Origin: Candidatus Methanoperedenaceae archaeon
GTDB taxonomy: Archaea > Halobacteriota > Methanosarcinia > Methanosarcinales > Methanoperedenaceae
Direction: 5' to 3'
DNA: 64,000 nt
Assembly: GCA_963753595.1 (NCBI GenBank)
Contig: CAVWCX010000028.1
Coordinates: 17,670 to 81,669 of the forward strand
The position numbers were made by a program, and so were the translations under genes. Shown here in pieces: positions 32,865 through 40,887 of this stretch; the first letter of the stretch is position 1; each line of letters opens with the position of its first letter. The notes under the pieces are model-generated. The model made no database searches. It was not told the DNA's origin and saw nothing but the letters and a program-made list of their open reading frames with translations.

Positions 32865-34275
32865 GGGTGGTTACCAATTCATAGGTTTGCCTTATAAATT
32901 TAACTATTTTTTATACTTGCAGTAAGATTTATATTATTCATCCCCCCATTATTATTTTAATCACAAAATTCCAAAGAGGGGATGAACAATGGAGTTTAAT
33001 GTTGATAAGCAAATAAAAAGCTATTGGAACAAATTCATCGGTCAAACCGATGCAAATAATGAAGAGTTTGCAGATGCAACCTCCGAGAACAGCGTTCGGG
33101 CATCAAAATTTCTGGAAGGATTAAACCTGGATCCGATAATGCCTGAAATCAACAAGCATTATACCGTTAAAGAAGGAGTGGAAACCTATCCAAGAAGGGC
33201 AATGGTAAAGGCATTTATCTGGAGAAAGATAAAGACAATAAAATATTATACGAAAGAGGAAAGAAACTTAAGAACACATCCTGATGAGGCACTAGAATTG
33301 GGTTTCAATATTGATCCAGATGAAAATATCATAGTTCCAGATCATGAAACTTTGAGGCATTTCGAAAAAGTGAGACTGGGTAATAAGGGGATGGATTCTA
33401 TAATGCAACTTTTTTGCGTAAAGGTTGTAGAAGCTGGTAACCGATTGGATTTAAAAATTGGAAAATGCACTGGGACAGATAGTACTCCAATCAAGACACA
33501 TAACGATTCTGATGGAAAATACAATGGCCATTATAAGAAAAAGATGGTCAAAGCACAAATAACCATGGATTATGAGCACAATATTCCCCTGGCTAAAAAG
33601 GTATGCGGTGGAACTGAAAATGATGATAAATATCTTGAAGATATGCTCCGAAAGACAGCAGTATCTGCCGGGATGAATATGGAAGAGACATGGTTTGATG
33701 GCGGTTATAATAGCAATAAGAATATTGCCTTCGCACATATTGAAATGGGTTTAATGTCACATCATCATATTGACAAGGATTGGAGAGAAAATGTAAAATA
33801 CGAGCATAGATTTAATGGAAAAACCTATATCTATTCCCCTGAACAGGAGATTAATTATCTCTATAGAAAAAATTGGCAAGATCCAAAATATAAGAAAGAT
33901 GCTTCTCTTGAATATAAGATGCAATTTCTTGTCAAAAAGGGATTTCATGATCCTGTTGCCATGTATTTTAGAAATGATTATATGAATAAATATAATGAGT
34001 GTCCCGATAATGTTCTTGATATTTACCATAGAAGAAACAGCAACGAAGGAATCAATAGCTATCTGAAAGATCACCTTGAAGTTGAGGTACATTTGAATGG
34101 TAAAGGTATGAAGAATATTGACCTTCATGTGACTGAGTGCTGTATTGTCATGCTGGCAGTAGCATTTGCACGTTTGCAGCATGGAATAAAAGAAAATCTC
34201 TCTTCGGTTGCATATCTCACATAGGAGGTGAAAAAAAATCTACCAATGGTTTCAAGGGTGTCTTGGTAACCACCT
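32865..34275 (+). mobile_element. IS5/IS1182-like element
   Basis: TIRs GGGTGGTTACCAA / TTGGTAACCACCT, flanked by TTAA at 32861-32864 and 34276-34279. Confidence 0.85.
32989..34224 (+). CDS. DDE transposase
   Basis: PDHETLRHF, GTDSTPI, WFDGGY, YHRRNSNEGINSYLK. Confidence 0.88.
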   Translation: MEFNVDKQIKSYWNKFIGQTDANNEEFADATSENSVRASKFLEGLNLDPIMPEINKHYTVKEGVETYPRRAMVKAFIWRKIKTIKYYTKEERNLRTHPDEALELGFNIDPDENIIVPDHETLRHFEKVRLGNKGMDSIMQLFCVKVVEAGNRLDLKIGKCTGTDSTPIKTHNDSDGKYNGHYKKKMVKAQITMDYEHNIPLAKKVCGGTENDDKYLEDMLRKTAVSAGMNMEETWFDGGYNSNKNIAFAHIEMGLMSHHHIDKDWRENVKYEHRFNGKTYIYSPEQEINYLYRKNWQDPKYKKDASLEYKMQFLVKKGFHDPVAMYFRNDYMNKYNECPDNVLDIYHRRNSNEGINSYLKDHLEVEVHLNGKGMKNIDLHVTECCIVMLAVAFARLQHGIKENLSSVAYLT

Positions 34276-34289
34276 TTAAGAAGAAGTGG

Positions 34290-35606
34290 GGCTGTCAAAA
34301 AGTTTGGTGTTGGAGAAGAATTTATTTTTTATTGACAGATTAAAATAGAAAGATTTAAATATTATGAAAGTAGATATATATTTATGCAACTAAACATCGT
34401 ATCTACTTTCGAAAACTGTATTGCTTCAGTACAACTTAAATTATCCGATTACATTTCAAAAGTTCCCAAGATAAAAGAAGGAATTGCATCTCGATTATCA
34501 GAAAACAGATCAAGAAATATAAATAACCCCGTGGAACTATTATTTCATATAGGAAACAGATTTGAGATTCTATATCCCCATTGTCCGGAATGTAGTTCTT
34601 CAAAAGTGATAAAACAGGAATATTATCCACGCAATTTAAAATTGGCGGAATTTGGTCATCAAACAGTTTATGTGAGACGTTATTATTGCAAAACATGTGA
34701 CAAGAAATTCAGCACACCCATTGACGCTATCGTAGAAAAAGGACATCAATATGCCAGGATTTATCAAAATCACATATGTGAAAGCTTTAAGACAGGTTAT
34801 AATTCATTCAGACATTTGAAAAAGATATTTCACTCTTTCTACAATCATTCTCCTTCACATCAAACAATATACAACTGGATTTTTGAAATGAATCCAAAAT
34901 CGGAAGCAATAGAACCGAATTTATCTGGGTATTATTGCTATGACGAGCAATACTTAAAGATCGATGGGAAGCGATTTTATCGAATAAATTTGATTGATTC
35001 AATACTCAATAAGCCAGTAAAAGAGTTGATCGTCAATGATTTTCAATATGATACAGTTAAATCGTTCATTGAAAAAGCGATATCTGGCATACCAGTCCAC
35101 GCAATTACAACGGATCACAGAAGAGAATATAAAAGCATAATGGATGAACTGAAAATCAACCATCAACTTTGTATTTTTCATCTATTTAAAATGATCGGCA
35201 AAGAGATTATTCCAAAATTAAGATCTAAATTCATTTCAAACACCAATAAAATTCGATTATGCATATTATTTACTGAAATTAAGGAAATTTTCAGAACTTT
35301 CGACTTGAATATCGCTATCAATAGACTTAATGGATTGTTGGAGAAATCAAATGCAACACCAAAAATTATCCATAAATTTATACAAAAAATAGAGGATGAT
35401 TTTGAAAGACTCACTCTTTTTATGAGGGATGGGTTTGTTTCAAGAACAACGAATCCCATTGAAAACTATTATCGAACTACTATGCCTGATTCATTAAAAA
35501 GGATCTTCAAAACACCAGATGGAGCTTTAAAATATCTGGATATCAGGAAGAATTATTGGCTAAATAACATTTCAAAAAATATTTAACACCAAAAGATTTT
35601 ACACCC
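34290..35606 (+). mobile_element. Mutator-like (IS256/ISH6-related) IS, no TSD detectable
   Basis: Imperfect 22-bp TIRs GGCTGTCAAAAAGTTTGGTGTT / AACACCAAAAGATTTTACACCC (17/22 match). Confidence 0.75.
34384..35586 (+). CDS. Transposase with Zn ribbon, HTH and DDE/CxxH motifs
   Basis: CPEC...CKTC, PSHQTIYNW, YDEQY, ITTDH, HQLCIFH, TTNPIENYY. Confidence 0.85.
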   Translation: MQLNIVSTFENCIASVQLKLSDYISKVPKIKEGIASRLSENRSRNINNPVELLFHIGNRFEILYPHCPECSSSKVIKQEYYPRNLKLAEFGHQTVYVRRYYCKTCDKKFSTPIDAIVEKGHQYARIYQNHICESFKTGYNSFRHLKKIFHSFYNHSPSHQTIYNWIFEMNPKSEAIEPNLSGYYCYDEQYLKIDGKRFYRINLIDSILNKPVKELIVNDFQYDTVKSFIEKAISGIPVHAITTDHRREYKSIMDELKINHQLCIFHLFKMIGKEIIPKLRSKFISNTNKIRLCILFTEIKEIFRTFDLNIAINRLNGLLEKSNATPKIIHKFIQKIEDDFERLTLFMRDGFVSRTTNPIENYYRTTMPDSLKRIFKTPDGALKYLDIRKNYWLNNISKNI

Positions 35607-35607
35607 A

Positions 35608-35653
35608 CATCCAATCAAAACATATAAATGCCATTAATGTTAACATATTAAAT
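35608..35653 (+). promoter_or_regulatory. Conserved archaeal promoter region (TATAAA, CATTAATG palindrome), duplicated at 45598-45643 on the minus strand
   Basis: CATCCAATCAA..RTATAAATGCCATTAATGT in both copies; TATA lies about 30 bp ahead of the RNA candidate. Confidence 0.55.
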
Positions 35654-35791
35654 GGAGAGTAAACCGGGTGATCATATCTAAGCCTGCGTGGTAATCTCGC
35701 AGCTCAGGATGATATAGAATACCAAACATGGGTAATGCCATGTGCGGAATAACTATGGTTCGGTACCCGCCCGGGCTTGAATCCCTTTTTT
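35654..35791 (+). ncRNA. Candidate structured RNA, family A, copy 1 (ends in T6)
   Basis: Homologous to 45467-45597 (-) with compensatory base-pair changes; no conserved ORF. Confidence 0.55.
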
Positions 35792-35929
35792 GGTGCGTTG
35801 TGATTTCTGTGCACGGCACAAAGGCAAATAAATAAAATATACAAATAAAATTTTTAAATTAAAGGAGAATTATATCGTTTAAAACTGAATGAATGATTAG
35901 ATAATTTTATATACTAATGACGCATTCAT

Positions 35930-36040
35930 TATAATTGTTTACTAACGTGTGAACTGCGGGGTGGGGGGCCATCCAACTTATGCATCAGTTAGATCTGGTA
36001 CATGAGAAAGGAATATTCCCTTTTACTTGAATCCCTGACG
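35930..36040 (+). ncRNA. Candidate structured leader, family B, copy 1 (partly deleted)
   Basis: Shares TTCATTATA.TTGTTT, ACGWGTGAAC, ACTTATGCATCAGTT, AGATC(C)TGG, TGAGAAMGG, ATTCC and AATCCCT, in order, with 40272-40403 (-). Confidence 0.4.
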
Positions 36041-36107
36041 GGAAAACAACACGCAAAAAAACATGGAAAAACCATAGAAACTGAATCGCAAATGGAGGAG
36101 TGAATAT

Positions 36108-36797
36108 ATGTATATATTTAGCTGGGAAAAAGTTCCAGGAAAAGATAACGGAAAACTCATAGAGTATCTGGAACAGAAATATGGTGTCGATTGGGTAAGG
36201 ACAGCAAAAATTGAAAAAATCGGTAATGACGAGATCAAAATTTTTTCTGAAAAAAACTTTCTTACATTAATGCTTAACAATCAAAAAACCAATGTAATTT
36301 TAAACATCAACAAAGTCAGAACTGATGAATTCAGGGTGGAGATCGAAAATGGTACCGTAAACATATACAAAGATACCAGCCAAAGCATCAGGAAAGGAGT
36401 AAAACTGGAAACCGGTTATCCCTATGCTGTCCTGGGCGGACTTGTGATCGCGGGCCTGATCATCGTGGCCTTTCTGGGATACTCTGGTGTCCAAAGCGCC
36501 GGAATATTCTCCCAGCGCGAGGCGTTCTTCGTGATCGGCAGCTCAATACTTATATTAACAGCCGCATCGATTTACCTTCTCTTCACGCTGCGAAACACTA
36601 TCAGCGTCCTTAAGATCCACGAGGAGGAACTGCAATCTGCGCGCGATGCGGGACAGGAAAGACGTATCACCTCGCTTGAAGGCACACGATCCGGTGCGAC
36701 CACCTCGCTTGCCCCACGCGTCTCGGCCCTTGAGCCGCAACTTGCGACCCTGGAAGCTCGCATCACTACCCTGGAAAGCGGCCGACCATCTCACTAA
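36108..36797 (+). CDS. Chimeric membrane protein: YxFSW-type N-terminal domain + 2 TM + coiled-coil tail
   Basis: N-terminus YIFSWEKVPGKDNGKLIEYL...GVDWVRTAKIEK...ENGTVNIY; GC rises sharply after about 36420; RITSLE/RVSALE/RITTLE heptads. Confidence 0.7.
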   Translation: MYIFSWEKVPGKDNGKLIEYLEQKYGVDWVRTAKIEKIGNDEIKIFSEKNFLTLMLNNQKTNVILNINKVRTDEFRVEIENGTVNIYKDTSQSIRKGVKLETGYPYAVLGGLVIAGLIIVAFLGYSGVQSAGIFSQREAFFVIGSSILILTAASIYLLFTLRNTISVLKIHEEELQSARDAGQERRITSLEGTRSGATTSLAPRVSALEPQLATLEARITTLESGRPSH

Positions 36798-36846
36798 ACG
36801 TAACCCTGGGTGTTAAAAATTTTTTTTTAAAAAATAGGAGGATATT

Positions 36847-37119
36847 TTGGCATATACACTGGAGATATTAATAATTATAATCGGAATTATATATGGCTAC
36901 ATGAAACCAGGCAAAGAAGACCGTTCGGCACTCCTCAAGAAAGGAGTGGTGATTGGAATAGTCCTTGGTGCTATAATGGTATTACTGGGATTATTTGGAG
37001 GTAGAGAAATTCTGCTGCTTGGAGGTTTAGTCGGAATGGTCGTATTTATCGAAGTTATAATCCTTGCAGTACTATTCGTTATAGGTACCTACATAGGAGA
37101 TATGCTGGAGCACAAATAG
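36847..37119 (+). CDS. Small 3-TM membrane protein (paralog of 42404-42676)
   Basis: GIIYGYMKPGKEDR motif; RBS AGGAG; TTG start. Confidence 0.85.
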   Translation: MAYTLEILIIIIGIIYGYMKPGKEDRSALLKKGVVIGIVLGAIMVLLGLFGGREILLLGGLVGMVVFIEVIILAVLFVIGTYIGDMLEHK

Positions 37120-37159
37120 GTAAAAACAGTCAGATTAATATATGAAACGGAGGAATAAT

Positions 37160-37339
37160 ATGAAAAGCAGTACACAGGACAAAATAGAAAGCAATATCCA
37201 CAAAATTAAGGGTGAGATCAAGGAAACTGCAGGGCAGCTACTCGATAATCCCAAACTGGAAGCAGAAGGAACATCAGAAAAAATTGTCGGCAAAATTCAA
37301 GAAAAGACCGGCGAGATCAAGAAGGTCTTTGGGAAATAG
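37160..37339 (+). CDS. csbD: CsbD-family general stress protein, copy 1
   Basis: DKIESNIHKIKGEIKETAGQLLDNPKLEAEG..EKIVGKIQEKTGEIK; RBS GGAGG before ATG 37160. Confidence 0.85.
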   Translation: MKSSTQDKIESNIHKIKGEIKETAGQLLDNPKLEAEGTSEKIVGKIQEKTGEIKKVFGK

Positions 37340-37357
37340 AACGCGTATAATGTGAAG

Positions 37358-37384
37358 GTGTTTGAGGCCAAAAACCTCAAATAT
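37358..37384. terminator. Hairpin between convergent csbD and PAS genes
   Basis: GTGTTTGAGG-N7-CCTCAAATAT followed by T-rich sequence; a related hairpin lies at about 42134-42156 after csbD copy 2. Confidence 0.4.
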
Positions 37385-37444
37385 TCTTTAGCTTTTTTTC
37401 TTTAAGTTTTTCCGGATTATTTATATGAATGCTGAAATAGCCAA

Positions 37445-38002
37445 TTAATTCTTCAGCGGGTTTTTCAAAGCTGACATTTCTTGTTCCATTTCTGCAACTA
37501 TCTTTTTAAGGTCAATCATACGCATTTCCCGCCCTACAAATAGCTTGTTGAAACGTTCAAGTTCAGCGTTCTTTTCTTTTAATTCAATTTCAATTCGTTT
37601 GCGTTCTGTTATATCTTCAATTGCAAGTAGAATTATTTTTTTACATTCAGCACCGCTATGGATTTCACGGGCGTTGAGCAGCATTACTTTGTGGCCAATA
37701 GTTGGAAAAACGTGTTCTACTTCGAAATCATTGAACGGTGTGTTTTCCGGAATAATTCTTTCTAGTAATTTCTTTAATTCCCGCAATCTGGAAATGTTCC
37801 ATTCCTGGTTTCCAATAGTGAATATTGAATTACCAATTGTTACTTCTGGTTTCACTTTAAAAGTATTATAAAAGTTGTCGTTAGCGAAAATTACTTTCAT
37901 TTCGGTATCAAGCACCACTAAAGATTCACGGACTGTATTTACAATATTTTCAAATTGGTTCGACCACTCTCCGAACAATCCTGCCTGTACTACATTATTC
38001 AT
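37445..38002 (-). CDS. Stand-alone PAS domain + coiled-coil protein
   Basis: NIVNTVRESLVVLD...FAN..FY..F, FPTIG.KVMLLNAR, LAIEDITERK (CheB/CheR-fusion-type PAS); no kinase or output domain. Confidence 0.85.
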   Translation of the reverse strand: MNNVVQAGLFGEWSNQFENIVNTVRESLVVLDTEMKVIFANDNFYNTFKVKPEVTIGNSIFTIGNQEWNISRLRELKKLLERIIPENTPFNDFEVEHVFPTIGHKVMLLNAREIHSGAECKKIILLAIEDITERKRIEIELKEKNAELERFNKLFVGREMRMIDLKKIVAEMEQEMSALKNPLKN

Positions 38003-38041
38003 TTATTATTCCCCGTCAATACTGGATGTGAAAGCTAAAGG

Positions 38042-38326
38042 CTATTTCTTATATATAAGAAGTGCCCCTAACATTACCCCAATTAAACCTATCAATACAA
38101 ATCCAAGCCCTCGCATAGTGAACATCGCATCAATGAATGATGCAATTCCCCAGAGGGTCAAGAAAAATCCCGTGGCTGCGAGTGAGATCGCAACTCCGGT
38201 AATGAATAACTTTTTTTTAAATTTCTCTATACCTTCTTCTATGCAATTACCAATTCCCCCGGGCCCGATAAATCCTTGAATTATCGAATTTGAAAGGCCG
38301 GACAGAAAATCAATTATTTGCCCCAC
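38042..38326 (-). CDS. Small 2-TM membrane protein (YqjE/holin-like), copy 1
   Basis: Translationally coupled to the DUF883-like gene; paralog at 42725-43012. Family call is inferred from context. Confidence 0.65.
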   Translation of the reverse strand: MGQIIDFLSGLSNSIIQGFIGPGGIGNCIEEGIEKFKKKLFITGVAISLAATGFFLTLWGIASFIDAMFTMRGLGFVLIGLIGVMLGALLIYKK

Positions 38327-38565
38327 TATCCTTTTCCCCTGCCGAGCAGGTAACCCACGAAAACCCCGCCAACGAATGCTCCTGCCACATAAGCAAGAGG
38401 GTTTTCATTTATCTTCGCTTCAGCAGATTCTTTTTGCTCCCCGACTGTTTTCCCTATTGACTTAGATAGTTCATCAAATTTTTCTTCAAATTTGGCCGTC
38501 AGATCGCTGAGTGTATTTTTTATCTCTTTTATTTCTTGTTTTACTACTTTTTCATCTTCTTGCAT
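38326..38565 (-). CDS. DUF883/ElaB/YqjD-like tail-anchored protein, copy 1
   Basis: Coiled coil then INENPLAYVAGAFVGGVFVGYLLGR. Confidence 0.75.
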   Translation of the reverse strand: MQEDEKVVKQEIKEIKNTLSDLTAKFEEKFDELSKSIGKTVGEQKESAEAKINENPLAYVAGAFVGGVFVGYLLGRGKG

Positions 38566-38648
38566 AAATTAACCTCCACAATTGAAATTATGTATTGTTT
38601 ATATATATATAGTCAGGTGGTTACCCAAATAATTTGTTAAGTAATTTT

Positions 38649-39605
38649 TCACCTTGCAGGTGGCCGCTGGGTAGTTGGAGCCGCCTCAAGCACGGTCTTT
38701 CGCTTCACTTTTTGCTGCCCGCTGAAAAACTCCATAGTAACTTTGTCGCCCACTTCGTGTTTGCCAAGGACTTTGATCAGATCCCTGACATTATTGATAT
38801 CAATATCATCCATGCGGATAAGGATATCCGCAACTTCGATGCCTGATTTGTCTGCTTCGCTTCCAGGTATAACATTGGTCACCACAACCCCTTTTTCGGT
38901 TGGAAGATCATAGTATGCCACAAGCTTCGGGTTGACATCAACAGCATTGATGCTGATCCAGGGTCTTACGATTTTACCGTTTTTTATCAGCTGCTCGGCT
39001 GCCCACATGGCTGCCTGTATCGGGATGGAAAAACCAATGCCCTGTGCAAAAGGTATAATGGCGCTGTTAATCCCTATCACCACACCGCTGCTGTTTATCA
39101 ATGGGCCCCCGCTGTTGCCCGGATTGATGGCTGCATCTGTCTGTATCAATCCTTCCATGAACGTCACTTCAGTCTGGATAGAGCGGTTCAATGCGCTTAT
39201 AACACCTGCCGTTACAGTCGGGCCGCCCACAAGGCCCAGGGGACTGCCTATAGCTATAGCCATTTGACCTATTTTTATAGTATCATTACTGGCGAGCTCA
39301 GGCACAGGCAAATTGCTGGCTTTGATCTTAAGAACCGCAATATCCAGAATTGAATCCAGGCCACGAACCTCCCCCGGGAATATCCTCCCATCTTCCAGTG
39401 CCACTTTTATCTCACTGGAACCAAGCACTACGTGAGCATTTGTGAGAATAAAACCGTCTTTTGTAATGATAAAACCCGAGCCTACACCAGGAATTGGATG
39501 GACGTTCAGGTAAGCATCTTTCATCAGCTTTACTTCGCTTATGTTCACAACGCTTGGTATTACCTTTTCTACAGCTCCTACAACTGTATCGTCAAAATTT
39601 GCCAT
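38649..39605 (-). CDS. htrA: HtrA/DegP-family serine protease with PDZ domain, no signal peptide
   Basis: GSGFII, TNAHV, DIAVLK, IQTDAAINPGNSGGPL, PDZ. Confidence 0.93.
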   Translation of the reverse strand: MANFDDTVVGAVEKVIPSVVNISEVKLMKDAYLNVHPIPGVGSGFIITKDGFILTNAHVVLGSSEIKVALEDGRIFPGEVRGLDSILDIAVLKIKASNLPVPELASNDTIKIGQMAIAIGSPLGLVGGPTVTAGVISALNRSIQTEVTFMEGLIQTDAAINPGNSGGPLINSSGVVIGINSAIIPFAQGIGFSIPIQAAMWAAEQLIKNGKIVRPWISINAVDVNPKLVAYYDLPTEKGVVVTNVIPGSEADKSGIEVADILIRMDDIDINNVRDLIKVLGKHEVGDKVTMEFFSGQQKVKRKTVLEAAPTTQRPPAR

Positions 39606-39686
39606 ATTATCATCACTCCTCGAACTTTTATATCTACAATATCAATCTTTGCTATTCAGTTCCTACTTATTCATCTTCTACACTGG

Positions 39687-39833
39687 TTAAAAAGGTTTTC
39701 GTCCCTGGATGATTCTTAATAGGATCATAATTATAGCAATGACCAGCAATATATGGATCAAGCTGCCAAGTATACCTAGCGAAAATCCCAACAGCCAGAG
39801 TATAATCAGAATTACTATTATTGTTCCGATCAT
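39687..39833 (-). CDS. lmo0937/DUF5670-like 48-aa membrane protein, copy 1 (missed by ORF track)
   Basis: MIGTIIVILIILWLLGFSLGILGSLIHILLVIAIIMILLRIIQGRKPF; RBS GAGAGG. Confidence 0.8.
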   Translation of the reverse strand: MIGTIIVILIILWLLGFSLGILGSLIHILLVIAIIMILLRIIQGRKPF

Positions 39834-39836
39834 GAT

Positions 39837-40214
39837 TTAACCTCTCACGATTACTTTTCCGTGCTGCATGGTTAGATGGTTTGTACAACTATATTCAAAT
39901 GTTCCGGCTTGATCAAATTTGTAGCTATATGTTTTACCTGATCCGATATTTCCTGAATCAAATGAGCCTGATACTGAAGTTACAGTGTGTGGAACATTAT
40001 CATCATTAACCCAGGTCACGGTTGTCCCCATCGGGACTTCTGCAATATCGGGAACGAAATTATTGTTTTTAATATTTATCTGTTGTTCAGTGGATATCTG
40101 TGCCGGCGTTGTTGCAAGTGGTGTTGGTTCCGCGGGTCTGGTCGTAGTTGTTGTGGTACACCCGCTTATTAATACAAATATCACTAACAATCCAATAATC
40201 AATATCTTTTTCAT
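39837..40214 (-). CDS. Cupredoxin (plastocyanin/halocyanin-like) lipoprotein
   Basis: LISGC lipobox, GTTVTWVN.D..PHTV, YSCTNHLTM type-1 copper ligands. Start MKKIL at 40214. Confidence 0.88.
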   Translation of the reverse strand: MKKILIIGLLVIFVLISGCTTTTTTRPAEPTPLATTPAQISTEQQINIKNNNFVPDIAEVPMGTTVTWVNDDNVPHTVTSVSGSFDSGNIGSGKTYSYKFDQAGTFEYSCTNHLTMQHGKVIVRG

Positions 40215-40271
40215 ATAAACCTCCGTCTCAATATGAGATTTCTGTAATTTTCCCATTTTTCCTTATTTTCA

Positions 40272-40403
40272 GTAAGGGATTATTTTAAGTGGAATGTGCC
40301 GTTCTCAAGCGCCAGGATCTTACAGAATCAGGAAACTGATGCATAAGTCAGGCACGGTAAATTCCCACGCCCTTCGTTCACTCGTGGCAAACAATATAAT
40401 GAA
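40272..40403 (-). ncRNA. Candidate structured leader, family B, copy 2 (upstream of cupredoxin)
   Basis: Nested pairings AAGGG/CCCTT, GTGG(G)AAT/ATTCCAC, CCGT/ACGG, GTGCC/GGCGC, ATCAG/CTGAT; homologous to 35930-36040. Confidence 0.45.
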
Positions 40404-40887
40404 GGTTTCAAAAGTATTTAAAACTTTCCGGCCATTCATTTATTTTTAAACGATTGTAAATAATGAAACTATAGGGAGAGATTTGATGTGCTAATTTTTG
40501 AAGTGTATGGTACGGATAGATAATGTCATTTGAACGTTAATTCCAGAGCCGGATACACAACTGTATCCAGCATTTTAAGGGTTCGAAAATAACTGTCATT
40601 TAAGTTACATTTAAAAGTTTTTATGATGATAAGTATAATAATAACTATCATCAGTTAAAACAATTGTATAGAGTGTGAAAGTATTTATAGTATTAAATAT
40701 CTAATAGATAGAAATCAATAAACGTTTATTTAGATTTGTTGATAGGGGGATCTGTTAATTAATTTGGGGTTAGCGACCAAAAAATCCTAGGGAGTAAAAT
40801 ATGAAATATCAATATTTGGAAAAAGTTAAGATATGGGTATATATTGCAGCTATAGCAGCAATTATATCTGATACCGTTAGTAAAAAT

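Noticed and set aside
35654-35791. Family A RNA as a tRNA, c-di-AMP or fluoride riboswitch, C/D box sRNA or hammerhead ribozyme
   Set aside because: No cloverleaf or T-loop, and the consensus cores are not matched beyond short words. Left unassigned pending an Rfam search.
38615-38628. GGTGGTTACC matching the TIR core of the IS at 32865
   Set aside because: Only about 10 bp, with no partner end or transposase remnant.
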